A model generated the notes under the pieces. That model was not told where the DNA came from. It searched no databases and saw only the letters and a list, made by a program, of their open reading frames with translations. The position numbers were made by a program, and so were the translations under genes. Positions 51,353 to 60,548 of a DNA stretch of 64,000 nt are shown here, one piece after another. The DNA comes from Marispirochaeta sp. (GTDB lineage: Bacteria > Spirochaetota > Spirochaetia > JC444 > Marispirochaetaceae), in contig CAXXFF010000003.1 of assembly GCA_963676835.2 (NCBI GenBank), forward strand, positions 288,001 to 352,000, written 5' to 3'. Numbering within the stretch: the first letter of the stretch is position 1; each line of letters begins with the position of its first letter.

Positions 51353-52300
51353 TCAACTTTTTCTGGCAATAACATCCTTTACTGCCTGGATAATATGAGG
51401 AGTATTCATTCCATACTCAGTATAAAGCTCTTCAGAAGGTCCGCTTTCTCCGAAAAGGTCGGGGACACCAATCCGCTTGAGAAGAGTAGGACACTCTTCG
51501 GAAAGAACTTCCGCAACTGCCCCGCCAAGCCCGCCGATTATATTGTGGTCTTCAACGGTGACAATAGCACCGGTCTCTTTTGCAGCCTTTATAACTGCTT
51601 CAGAATCAAATGGTTTAAGGGTGTGGAATTCCAGGACACGTACATTTATACCTTCCGCCTTTAACTGATCCGCTACGGCAAGGGATTTTTCCACCATAGC
51701 ACCTGTAGCAATAACAGTGGCATCAGTACCATAATCTTTATGCTGAACTGCCTTTCCTATCTGAAAGTCATAGGACTCAAACAGCACGGGAGAAGGATTG
51801 CGCAAAACACGAATATACACAGGTCCATCTACATCCATTACTGCACGTGCAGCTGCTGCAGCGGACATTCCATCGGAGGGCTGAATAATTGTCATGTTGG
51901 GAACTGCCCGCATTATTGCCATGTCTTCAATTGCCTGATGGGTTGCCCCGTCGGGGCCTACCTGCAGTCCGCCATGAGAAGCAATAATCCGTACCGGCAG
52001 CTTTGGATAGCTGATAAAAGTACGTACCTGCTCAAGAGCACGCATGCTTGCAAAAACACTGTAGGTAGCAGCAAAGGCTTTTACTCCGCTGGCTGCAAAT
52101 CCGGCAGCGATACCCATCAGATTCTGCTCTGCAATACCAAAATTATAGGATCGCTCCGGATATGCCTTGTGAAACATGTCCGTTGAACATGATTTTGCAA
52201 TATCTGCATCGAGCATAACAAAATCGTCCCGCTCAGATCCAATTTTAACAAGCTCTTCACCAAAAGCTTTTCTTGTAGCTATTTTATCTCCAATCTTCAT
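51353..52300 (-). CDS. Transketolase, C-terminal (pyrimidine-binding) subunit
   Basis: GIAEQN, GPDGATHQAIED, GPVYIR, EDHNIIGGLG. Confidence 0.93.
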   Translation of the reverse strand: MKIGDKIATRKAFGEELVKIGSERDDFVMLDADIAKSCSTDMFHKAYPERSYNFGIAEQNLMGIAAGFAASGVKAFAATYSVFASMRALEQVRTFISYPKLPVRIIASHGGLQVGPDGATHQAIEDMAIMRAVPNMTIIQPSDGMSAAAAARAVMDVDGPVYIRVLRNPSPVLFESYDFQIGKAVQHKDYGTDATVIATGAMVEKSLAVADQLKAEGINVRVLEFHTLKPFDSEAVIKAAKETGAIVTVEDHNIIGGLGGAVAEVLSEECPTLLKRIGVPDLFGESGPSEELYTEYGMNTPHIIQAVKDVIARKS

Positions 52301-52320
52301 TTACATACCGCCTGTTAATA

Positions 52321-53148
52321 TCAGTCCGCAAGTTCGGCCATTGCCTGTTTTGTCTGCTCGGCATCCGGAGCAAGTCCATGCCATACACAAACATCTTCCA
52401 TGAATGAGACGCCTTTACCTTTAATAGTCTTGGCAATAATTACGGAAGGTTTGTTATTACTCTTTGCCCATGAAAGAGCCTCGAGAATCTCTTCCATATT
52501 ATGTCCATCAATATTCTTTACATCCCAGCCGAATGCTTCGAATTTGGCATCAATACTGGATGGATCCATAATATCCCTGGTATAACCGTCAACCTGAAGT
52601 CCGTTGTCATCAATGATGGCAACAAGGTTGTTTACTTTATGATGATTTGCAGCCATTGCAGCTTCCCAGATGGTTCCTTCCTGGATTTCACCATCACCAA
52701 GCATAACGAAAACAGAGTAATCCAGCTTTTTCTGTTTTGCCGCAAGCGCCATTCCTATACCGACAGAAAGCCCGGTCCCGAGGGCTCCGGATGTCATATC
52801 AACACCGGGGGTTTTCTTCATATCAGGATGCCCCTGCAGAATTGAGTGCATTCTTCGCAGGGTATCCAGTTCTTTCATGGGATAGTAGCCTTTTTCTGCC
52901 AGTGCAGCGTAAAGAACCGGACAAGTATGTCCTTTGGAAAGAATGAATCGGTCCCGGTCTTCCATTTTCGGATTCTTGGGGTCGACCTTCATGATTTCAA
53001 AATAGAGGGCAGTAACAATATCTGTAGCGGATAAAGATCCGCCCGGGTGGCCCGCATTCGCAGTAGCTATCATATGAATAATATCGCGTCGAACCTGCTT
53101 TGCTGTACTTTCAAGACGTTTGATCGTCTCCGGTGAGTATGAACCCAT
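52321..53148 (-). CDS. Transketolase, N-terminal (ThDP-binding) subunit
   Basis: GHPGGSLS, DRFILSKGH, LQGHP, GDGEIQEG; ATG 53148 after GGAGG. Confidence 0.93.
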   Translation of the reverse strand: MGSYSPETIKRLESTAKQVRRDIIHMIATANAGHPGGSLSATDIVTALYFEIMKVDPKNPKMEDRDRFILSKGHTCPVLYAALAEKGYYPMKELDTLRRMHSILQGHPDMKKTPGVDMTSGALGTGLSVGIGMALAAKQKKLDYSVFVMLGDGEIQEGTIWEAAMAANHHKVNNLVAIIDDNGLQVDGYTRDIMDPSSIDAKFEAFGWDVKNIDGHNMEEILEALSWAKSNNKPSVIIAKTIKGKGVSFMEDVCVWHGLAPDAEQTKQAMAELAD

Positions 53149-53193
53149 ATTTCCTCCAAACCTCATCGGTTCTAATAATTGGACAACATGTTT

Positions 53194-53309
53194 TATGTTT
53201 CACTGTATCATCATCATTCATGAAACATATTTAACAATTATGATAGGTCAGGTTTTCCCATTTGTCAAACAAAATATTTCACAATTTTATCATTTTTTAT
53301 GAAACATAT
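53194..53309 (-). promoter_or_regulatory. Transketolase-TRAP operon promoter (TTGACA-17-TATCAT) flanked by TGAAACATA operator-like boxes
   Basis: -35 at 53263-53268 and -10 at 53240-53245 (minus strand). TATGTTTCA (53194) and TGAAACATA (53221) form an inverted pair, with a third copy at 53300. Confidence 0.7.
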
Positions 53310-53414
53310 TTCGCTGAGATTCGTACACCTTTTTGTAATACAAGAACAGAGCCATTGTATAATTCATATTATTTCTATATAGTTTTTTTAATATACTCAT
53401 AATAAGGAAAAGAA

Positions 53415-53900
53415 ATGGTATCTTTCTTGATCAAACATAAACGGACAATACAGATCAGTGCGGCTATTCTTATTTTCATGTCCCAGCAATACTTCGGATA
53501 TTCCATCTGGTATCTTGTCATTGCAGGATCCGCTCTTGGGATAGTATTTGGAAAGGTTTTCTGTAGATGGGGGTGCCCGATAGGCCTGGTTATGGAAGTA
53601 ATGACCGGAAGTAATCCCGATGCGAAAATGCAGCAGATGTATATGTACCATAAAGTCGGCTGCCCTATCGCCTGGGTTTCCGGGTTGCTTAATAGAATCA
53701 GCTTTTTTAAAATACGGAGAGACATTGACAGCTGTACCTCATGCGGCAAGTGCGATAAAACCTGCTACATATCTACCCTTAATACGGAATACAGCTTATA
53801 TAAAGAAAAAAAGAAACTCCCGGACAGAAGCTACAGCTGTTCAAAATGCCTGGCTTGTGTCGACAGCTGCCCTCAAAATAGTCTAAGCTATAGATTATAG
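53415..53900 (+). CDS. 4Fe-4S binding membrane protein (NapH/YccM-like)
   Basis: FCRWGCP, GCP, CTSCGKCDKTC, CSKCLACVDSCP. Confidence 0.85.
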   Translation: MVSFLIKHKRTIQISAAILIFMSQQYFGYSIWYLVIAGSALGIVFGKVFCRWGCPIGLVMEVMTGSNPDAKMQQMYMYHKVGCPIAWVSGLLNRISFFKIRRDIDSCTSCGKCDKTCYISTLNTEYSLYKEKKKLPDRSYSCSKCLACVDSCPQNSLSYRL

Positions 53901-53918
53901 CTGAACAATTCAGGTTTT

Positions 53919-55085
53919 TTACTGAAGCCAGATAAGCAGAGAGAGCATCAGAAAAACTCCAGCCAGCCCCAACTTTCCAGTAAACAGATGGCGACTGAAC
54001 CATAAGCGAATCTTCTCCTGTTCCATTCCTCCGAAAACCAGAAGAAGCAGAGTAAACAGGGGAAGAATAAATGCTGCATTATAAAGGTTAAGCCATAGAA
54101 ACGGCAGCGCAGAATCCGCCCCGGATTGCACCATATAAGCTATGGTTGGCAGATAAATCTGCCCTGTACAGGCAAGTTCGATTACAGCAACAATAGTACC
54201 GGTAATAAAAAAACCAAATACCATAATAATCGAAATCTTATCGCTTTGTTTGCCGTTCTTCCGTATAACTTTATGGGCTTTCTGTTTCAAAAATTTTGGA
54301 AGCTGAAGTATCATTCCCGAAGTTTTTCCATTTTTTGCGAGGAAGGCATCACGAACAGACAGAGCCGCAAAAATCAACGCTGCTACTGCAAAAATATAAC
54401 GCAGTAGCCGTCTTACCGTTTCCATACCATCAGCTTTCCGCAGAAAACCGGCTATGCCAAAACCTATTAACAGATATGCAATATAGATCCCGCCGATAAA
54501 GGCAATTCCTGTAACAAGAACCCTGTATCGCCCGCCGCCCCTCACGGCAATCCATGACAGAAAGAAAAGCATTGTAGCAAATGCACAGGGGTTTACCCCA
54601 TCAACGAGCCCGGCAACCAGAACCGGAATAATGGAAAGTCTAAGATATTCATCTCCGAATACACCTGCAATGTCAGAGATCCCAGGTCGATAAGAGCCAT
54701 GTTTACTGTAATACTTAAGTTCAGCAGTAATGCTGCTTTCCACATCAGAATTTCCCTGGTATACGTTATTCCCTATTATCAACACCGGGAAAACAGTAAA
54801 TTCCATATTTCTGGCTTCAAGCTCCTTTACACAAAGCTCATACCCTTCCGGGGAAAGAATGTCGTAGTACTCTGCATTTACACTCAGTCCACTGAGTTTT
54901 TCTGCTTCAGGAAGAATATTCTCAGCGAATAGATCGCAGTGGGAGCAGCCTGTTTCGCCAAAGTATTTTAGACCTACACTCGCTTTATTAGTGCCGACTT
55001 CAGGCTCTGCGGTAAGTGAAAAACTAAATAATAACCCTATCAGAAAAAAAATAGGAAGAATTAAATCCAGCGGTTTTCTATTCAC
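53919..55085 (-). CDS. Thioredoxin-like (CSHC) domain + CcdA/DsbD-type transmembrane protein
   Basis: GCSHC, GLVDGVNPCAF, ELACTGQIY. Start moved to GTG 55085 because the longer ORF overlaps the transposase gene. Confidence 0.8.
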   Translation of the reverse strand: MNRKPLDLILPIFFLIGLLFSFSLTAEPEVGTNKASVGLKYFGETGCSHCDLFAENILPEAEKLSGLSVNAEYYDILSPEGYELCVKELEARNMEFTVFPVLIIGNNVYQGNSDVESSITAELKYYSKHGSYRPGISDIAGVFGDEYLRLSIIPVLVAGLVDGVNPCAFATMLFFLSWIAVRGGGRYRVLVTGIAFIGGIYIAYLLIGFGIAGFLRKADGMETVRRLLRYIFAVAALIFAALSVRDAFLAKNGKTSGMILQLPKFLKQKAHKVIRKNGKQSDKISIIMVFGFFITGTIVAVIELACTGQIYLPTIAYMVQSGADSALPFLWLNLYNAAFILPLFTLLLLVFGGMEQEKIRLWFSRHLFTGKLGLAGVFLMLSLLIWLQ

Positions 55086-55122
55086 AGCATATAATACATG
55101 AAATAGAGGGAACCTCTCAATG

Positions 55123-55671
55123 TTAATTACCGGGAATCTGGTTAATATACATTTTATCAGAATCCCATTTTTGAGGGTTATTTTGGATGTATTGTTGAAT
55201 TCGCTTGAATTCAACATCATTCCGTATTATGTGCTCCCAATAATTACGCTGCCAGACCTTCTCACCCGGTGTCCTACACATTTCATTTATTTGTTTGGTA
55301 ACAGACGATTTAAACCCGGCCATCACCGCCCCAATCGATCGTGGTTGTGGCCCATTGGTAGGGGCAACCAGCCGGTTGCCCCTACCAATATCGTTGCCCA
55401 TTCCGTTTATCACCATGATTCCGTGAAAATGATTCGGCATTACCACCCATTGGTCCAATTCAATTTCATTCCGTATTTCTGCGGTTTTTATCCATTCCGC
55501 GGACACGATACGACCATTTTCATTTAAAATCATTTTACCATCAACAATATCTCCAAACAAACATTCTCGTTGATGGGTACAGATTGTTATAAAATATGCT
55601 CCAGGTTGAGAATAATCATATCCTTTTAATCTGATAGAGCGTCGATGGTGGATTTCAGGATTATATTTCAT
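55123..55671 (-). CDS. REP-associated (RAYT / IS200-like) Y1 HUH tyrosine transposase
   Basis: RRSIRLKGYDYSQPGAYFITICT, MPNHFHG (HUH), WQRNYWEHIIR, YIQNNP. Confidence 0.9.
   Translation of the reverse strand: MKYNPEIHHRRSIRLKGYDYSQPGAYFITICTHQRECLFGDIVDGKMILNENGRIVSAEWIKTAEIRNEIELDQWVVMPNHFHGIMVINGMGNDIGRGNRLVAPTNGPQPRSIGAVMAGFKSSVTKQINEMCRTPGEKVWQRNYWEHIIRNDVEFKRIQQYIQNNPQKWDSDKMYINQIPGN
55354..55389. repeat. GTAG-type REP-like perfect palindrome inside the RAYT gene
   Basis: ATTGGTAGGGGCAACC-agcc-GGTTGCCCCTACCAAT, 16-bp arms. Confidence 0.8.
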
Positions 55672-55781
55672 ATGAGCAGCCTATGTTTTTTGGCAATGAG
55701 TTTATCGATTACAAAAATTATGTTTTTTAAATTTTTGCACATAAAACTACTACTTTTATATCTTTTATAATAACACATAAT

Positions 55782-55813
55782 TAAAGAGCGCCGAAGCGCT
55801 CTTTCTCTTTTTT
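55782..55813 (-). terminator. Terminator hairpin after tRNA-Leu
   Basis: AAAGAGCGC-TTCG-GCGCTCTTT (UUCG loop) on the minus strand. Confidence 0.75.
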
Positions 55814-55814
55814 G

Positions 55815-55900
55815 TGCCGGAGACCGGACTCGAACCGGTACGGACCTTTAGGTCCGGGGGATTTTAAGTCCCCGGTGTCTACCAATTTCACCACTCCGGC
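55815..55900 (-). tRNA. tRNA-Leu(TAA); CCA not encoded
   Basis: GCCGGAG acceptor stem, GGGGA-CTTAAAA-TCCCC anticodon arm, long variable arm, GGTTCGAGTCC T-arm; promoter TTGACG-17-TACTAT at 55955-55927. Confidence 0.96.
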
Positions 55901-55981
55901 GGGAATGACTGAATTGTGTAGAAATGATAGTACCTGTCTTGCCTCTCTGCGTCAAGCATTGTTAGGATACGGTAACAGCTT

Positions 55982-56794
55982 ATGAGTACAAGAGATAAAA
56001 CACCACCACAGATTTCATCATATGTAGATACCCACTTTCATCTGCTCCATTCCCGTAAAAAAGGATTGGATCCGGAGGAAATCCTTAAATTGTCATTTAA
56101 TTCCGGAATGTCTTTTGGCCTCGATATTTCAACAGGTCTGGATTATCTCGACGAGCGCCTCACCTTTGCAAAATCATACCCTAACCTCTATTTTTCCATT
56201 GGCTGCTATCCCAGTTATGCGGAAAATCCACTTCCCGTTAAACTGGAAGAAGAATTGACACGACAAGCCTCTCTGAGCAATAAAATTATTGCCCTTGGAG
56301 AAATAGGGCTGGATTACCATTGGGACTTCGGCACCAGAGATGCCCAGAAAGAGCTTCTCCAACGTCAGATTGTTACGGCGAATAAGCTGAATCTTCCGGT
56401 ATTGATTCATTGCCGCGACGCCCAGCAAGACCTGCTTGAAGTTTTTAACACGACACCGCCAGCCCTCCCCGGGGTAATTCACTGCTTTTCCGGTGATTAT
56501 GAGTTTGCCAAAGGCTGTCTGGATGCAGGCTTCTATATCTCTTTTGCCGGGAATGTAACCTACAAAAACGCAGGTGATATACAGGATGCCGCATGCAGAA
56601 TACCTCTGAATAGATTACTGACTGAAACAGATGCACCCTACCTGGCACCGGTACCTTTAAGAGGTAAAACCAATCGGCCGGATTATGTGCGCTTTACCCA
56701 CGCATACCTTGCAGAGTTAAGAGGTATATCCAATGATAACCTTTCAGAAGCGGTGCGCAGCAACACAACAAAAGTATTCAATGTTCCAGTATAA
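55982..56794 (+). CDS. tatD: TatD-family DNase
   Basis: DTHFHL, GEIGLDY, IHCRDA, GVIHCFSG, ETDAPYLAP. Confidence 0.93.
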   Translation: MSTRDKTPPQISSYVDTHFHLLHSRKKGLDPEEILKLSFNSGMSFGLDISTGLDYLDERLTFAKSYPNLYFSIGCYPSYAENPLPVKLEEELTRQASLSNKIIALGEIGLDYHWDFGTRDAQKELLQRQIVTANKLNLPVLIHCRDAQQDLLEVFNTTPPALPGVIHCFSGDYEFAKGCLDAGFYISFAGNVTYKNAGDIQDAACRIPLNRLLTETDAPYLAPVPLRGKTNRPDYVRFTHAYLAELRGISNDNLSEAVRSNTTKVFNVPV

Positions 56795-57989
56795 CAATCT
56801 CAACCCGCCTGTTCAGCGCTCTGCCTGCCTCAGTGTCATTGGGTCCTATTGGCTGACTGCCACCAACCCCGCGGTAAAGAAACTTATCTGCAGAAATACC
56901 CTCTTCTACCAGAAGATCAACAATAGTTTTGGCCCGCTCAACAGATAGGGTTAATTGACTTTCAACACTTCCAACATTCGCCGTATGGCCGATTACCAGA
57001 AATGATCGATCGTTCTGCTGCTTCAGAACTCCTGCGATTTTATTGATACGGTCCTCTTCACCCGGAAGAAGCCGTGGTGAATCTGGATAAAATCGGAGAT
57101 TCCGAAAAGAAACAGCCACACCTTCTTCCTTTATTTCTACTTCTACCTCTGGGATTTTGTTCTCGCGAACAACATCCTGTATAGCCTTTTTTGTGCTGTT
57201 TTTATCCATTACACCGTAATGATCAAACCAGGTCAGTATAAAGCCGGACCGTTCAAGTTTTTGTCCATCGGCATAACCATATTGCTCCTCTACAACATCC
57301 CTCATAAAAGCTTTACGGCTCGATTTGGGATCAACCGGAAGATATATGTCTATTAGATGTTTACCGTGAAGCAGTGATAATTGGGGATCCCCATAAGGGT
57401 CGCTGCCCCGTTCATATCTCACGGCATACTGAGCCTTAATAATATAGGCCTCTTCACCTGCGTAGTCTCCGGTACCGATATATGTGTACTCGCAAAGAAA
57501 CGGTACTCTTGTTCCACCTCTTCGTTGAGGATCAACCAGGCGCACTCCTTCAGATATCCAGCTGTCACCGGGACTCACCGCGTCCGCCGGCAGCATGGGG
57601 AAGTTTCTCAGCTGTGGGTACTCAGCATCAGCCGGGGTCTGCATTTTTCCTGCAGCATCAAATGAAACCCTTACCTCAAGCATATCATCAACCATCCTTG
57701 CGATATGTTTAAGATCACGAGTCATACTTTGCAGTCGATAAAAAGTTCCCTCATAGCGGTTTTCACTGATCCGGGTCAAAGATCCCCGGGTTTCCTCGTA
57801 CACAAAACCCTGATACCGTCCGTTTAAACGCTGACGCATACTTGTTTTTTCAGTAATAGCGTATCTGTCCACCGATGGTCCGGTAATCGATAAACCGGGC
57901 ATATCATTGGCGAAAACATCAGAGGTTATTAAAAGAAGGAATAAAAAAATCCCCCGACATAGCCGGGGGATCGCAAAAAACATTTTCAT
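56778..57989 (-). CDS. OmpA/MotB-type peptidoglycan-binding domain protein
   Basis: C-terminal IGHTA...LSVERA...GRALNRRVEI; N-terminal signal sequence; 17-nt convergent overlap with tatD. Confidence 0.88.
   Translation of the reverse strand: MKMFFAIPRLCRGIFLFLLLITSDVFANDMPGLSITGPSVDRYAITEKTSMRQRLNGRYQGFVYEETRGSLTRISENRYEGTFYRLQSMTRDLKHIARMVDDMLEVRVSFDAAGKMQTPADAEYPQLRNFPMLPADAVSPGDSWISEGVRLVDPQRRGGTRVPFLCEYTYIGTGDYAGEEAYIIKAQYAVRYERGSDPYGDPQLSLLHGKHLIDIYLPVDPKSSRKAFMRDVVEEQYGYADGQKLERSGFILTWFDHYGVMDKNSTKKAIQDVVRENKIPEVEVEIKEEGVAVSFRNLRFYPDSPRLLPGEEDRINKIAGVLKQQNDRSFLVIGHTANVGSVESQLTLSVERAKTIVDLLVEEGISADKFLYRGVGGSQPIGPNDTEAGRALNRRVEIVILEH
57943..57971 (-). terminator. Intrinsic terminator of the flaA operon, embedded in the 5' end of the OmpA ORF
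   Basis: ATCCCCCG-gctatgt-CGGGGGAT followed by a T-run on the minus strand. Confidence 0.7.
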
Positions 57990-58007
57990 TACAAGGTTCC
58001 GGCTAAA

Positions 58008-58721
58008 TCACCAGGAATCCTGCATATCGTCAACATCACGGCTCTCTTCGGAGTAGAGATCGGTAACTGCTCTCATATCATCAAAATAGAGGTAGTAGTT
58101 ACCATAGGTATCAACAGGATCACAAAGAATCTTGAACCCGTCTACCTTGATCCCCATGCGGTTGGCGTGGTGGTAATCCCTCTGAACTATATGGGGCGGA
58201 ATTGCCACGGTCATCTTCTTCCAGCCGGTAAAGTTGAGACTGCCCATGGTTATCTCAGCCTGATTACCGTAATAGTCGCTTATAAGAAGCTTAAGTGTAT
58301 GCTTGTTATTTCTTCCAACAACCCAAACAGAGATTGTTTTGGTAATTCCCTCAATAGCCATTGGCCGTGCAGGGGTTACCAGGAATTCATGAAATCCGCG
58401 CTTGAAGTACTGGACCTTAACACCAAGAACATAACGGTCTACTTCGCTTTGGGAAATACCAATCGCCTCTTCTTCCGGAATCGGCTCTTTATCTATAGGA
58501 CCGCCGGGAAGACGCTTTACACTGATTAAACCATTATCCAGAGGAATAAAGGCATTCCAGAACCCTGCATCTTCATACTTGGTTACCGATACTTCCTTAA
58601 GCTTCTGCTGTGCTGAATCAATCCCGATCTCTTCGGCATTCGGCTCACCAACAGAATAGTTCTGAGCGGTTAATCCGATGGCAGCAAACAGACACACTAT
58701 CAGCAGTAAACTCTTCTTCAT
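58008..58721 (-). CDS. flaA: Flagellar filament outer-layer (sheath) protein FlaA
   Basis: VLGVKV.YFKRG, KTISVWVVGRN, MGSLNFTGWKKM, YFDDMRAVTD. Confidence 0.9.
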   Translation of the reverse strand: MKKSLLLIVCLFAAIGLTAQNYSVGEPNAEEIGIDSAQQKLKEVSVTKYEDAGFWNAFIPLDNGLISVKRLPGGPIDKEPIPEEEAIGISQSEVDRYVLGVKVQYFKRGFHEFLVTPARPMAIEGITKTISVWVVGRNNKHTLKLLISDYYGNQAEITMGSLNFTGWKKMTVAIPPHIVQRDYHHANRMGIKVDGFKILCDPVDTYGNYYLYFDDMRAVTDLYSEESRDVDDMQDSW

Positions 58722-58726
58722 AATAT

Positions 58727-59464
58727 CTATTCCCCTTCCTCTGGCCAGACTTCTTTCCGGGTATCAGGGCGTACGAACTCATCCCCGTCGAAGCGGCTTT
58801 CGAAAACGTCTGTAAGAACTTTTAAATGGTCCAGGTAAAAGTCAAAGCCGGCTACATTTTCCTTGGGTTCGGTTCTGAGAACAAACTTAATTACCTTCAG
58901 ATCCCTGTAATGGGGAATATAAACCTGACTCTGGGGTATGTATGTGGGAATATCAATTCGCAGATTCTGCCAACCGATATAATTCAGACTACCCATGGGC
59001 AGGACATAAACATACCCGCGGTAATCTTCAAGGTGGACTTCCAGAGAAAACTTATACTGGCTGCCCCATGCCCATACATCGAGCTGTTTTGCCCGACCCG
59101 GAATTGAAATCTTTGTTGGAACCTTTCCGTCCGGGCCGTCGACCACAGGGAAGATCTCCAGATAATTGAATCCCTGTCTGTCAAAGGCTGCCTGCATTCC
59201 AAGAACCTGATGGTTCTCTTCATCTCCGGCCCTTCCGTACAGTGCGAAAGGAAAACCGTTAACAGTTTTGAACTTGGGATATCCTTCAGTAATGAACTTA
59301 CTGCCCTGAACATACCATTCATACGATGCGTCATCCGGATCAAAGGTCTCAAGGACCGTGGAAACAAGATTCTGAGTAGATGTATCGGCGACCAGAAGCG
59401 CCATAGGAGAAGTCAGGATGAACAATAAAAGGCAAACAAAGAATAAACGGAAACCGCGATTCAT
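58727..59464 (-). CDS. flaA: Flagellar filament outer-layer (sheath) protein FlaA paralogue
   Basis: FDRQGFNY, LDVWAWGS, MGSLNYIGWQNL, YLDHLKVLTD; ATG 59464 after AAGGAG. Confidence 0.9.
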   Translation of the reverse strand: MNRGFRLFFVCLLLFILTSPMALLVADTSTQNLVSTVLETFDPDDASYEWYVQGSKFITEGYPKFKTVNGFPFALYGRAGDEENHQVLGMQAAFDRQGFNYLEIFPVVDGPDGKVPTKISIPGRAKQLDVWAWGSQYKFSLEVHLEDYRGYVYVLPMGSLNYIGWQNLRIDIPTYIPQSQVYIPHYRDLKVIKFVLRTEPKENVAGFDFYLDHLKVLTDVFESRFDGDEFVRPDTRKEVWPEEGE

Positions 59465-59516
59465 TCTTAACTCCTTTATGTAATTAGAAAAACTCACACA
59501 ACCGTCAGCAAGTTGA

Positions 59517-59545
59517 ATTATATTTCTATCAAAATACTTTGTCAA
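59517..59545 (-). promoter_or_regulatory. Perfect-consensus sigma70 promoter of the flaA operon
   Basis: TTGACA-17-TATAAT. Confidence 0.85.
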
Positions 59546-59675
59546 ACCTTTTTCCTTTTTTTAGAAAATCTTAATTCCTGATAAAATCTGTACTTATATT
59601 TAAACTAAAGCGGCATCATATAAGACAACAGCAAAATAAACGGCAAGGATACCGGTAATATGACTGGTAAAATGG

Positions 59676-60440
59676 TTAATAAAGGGATTCAAAACGCCAA
59701 CGGGGTACAGTAGATCCGGATGAAAGACCTTCGGCATAAACCGCCCCCCAATCCATATGCAGCACAGCAGCAGAACCGGGCTGCTTTTTTCTACCCGCAC
59801 GATCAGTAACAATAAGGAGATCGCCTCCGGAAGTCTTCAGGGAATCAAAGAGATCAATGCTCAAGTCGCCGCAAAAGAGAAGCAGAACCGGAGTTTCGAC
59901 TTTAAAAGATGAAGCCTCTTTACCTACTACCCTGGTTTCCAGAACATTGCCCTCAAACAGCTCCTGCAAAGCTTCTGCCAGAAGAACTTTTGAATATGGT
60001 TCCCGACTGTACACCAGGGTAATGCGCGGATCACCTTCGGGGAAATATTCAGAGATCCACCGATGGATCGCCTCGGCGGCAGTCCCGGCAATCTCCCGGC
60101 TGCTCTGTTTAAATACAGGGATAAATATGTCCATGTCTGCATATTCTTTCTGCAGACCTTCTGCAGACTGCTGCAATAAAGGACTGAAAAGCAGTTTCTG
60201 CCCTTTTTCTATTTTACCTGCCACACCTGCCTGCTCGATCTTTTCCAGAATCCCTGCAGGGTCGAGACGGGTATCATCAAGTATCAGAAACTCAAGTCTG
60301 CCATTCAGGGCTTTCTCAAGCAGAGGCTTTTCGGTTTCTGCAAAATAGTTATCGCTTATACATATAAAAGAAGGAGAAGAGCAGGAAACACTCATAAGCA
60401 GAAGAAGCAACGCTGCCGGAAAAAGAGCCTTTTTTATCAC
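59676..60440 (-). CDS. Hypothetical lipoprotein
   Basis: MIKKALFPAALLLLLMSVSC lipobox; promoter TTGACC-17-TAAACT 6 nt upstream. Confidence 0.75.
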   Translation of the reverse strand: MIKKALFPAALLLLLMSVSCSSPSFICISDNYFAETEKPLLEKALNGRLEFLILDDTRLDPAGILEKIEQAGVAGKIEKGQKLLFSPLLQQSAEGLQKEYADMDIFIPVFKQSSREIAGTAAEAIHRWISEYFPEGDPRITLVYSREPYSKVLLAEALQELFEGNVLETRVVGKEASSFKVETPVLLLFCGDLSIDLFDSLKTSGGDLLIVTDRAGRKKQPGSAAVLHMDWGAVYAEGLSSGSTVPRWRFESLY

Positions 60441-60483
60441 ATCTGGAGTTTACGACCACAGGCATTAGAGGTCAATAGCGGAC

Positions 60484-60512
60484 TTGACACCCATCTACCA
60501 CCTCCCTACAAT
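60484..60512 (+). promoter_or_regulatory. Sigma70 promoter of fba
   Basis: TTGACA-17-TACAAT. Confidence 0.75.
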
Positions 60513-60548
60513 TCAAATAAGAGATAATCCAATAGGAAGGAGCCATAT

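Noticed and set aside
55086..55220. N-terminal extension of the CcdA-like ORF
   Set aside because: It overlaps the RAYT gene; a promoter-like motif and signal sequence support GTG 55085
55815..55900. tRNA-Leu as the attachment site of an integrative element
   Set aside because: No integrase in the window, and I found no duplicated tRNA 3' end
59465..59545. N-terminal extension of flaA from TTG 59545
   Set aside because: That TTG is the -35 box of a consensus promoter; the RBS and signal peptide support ATG 59464
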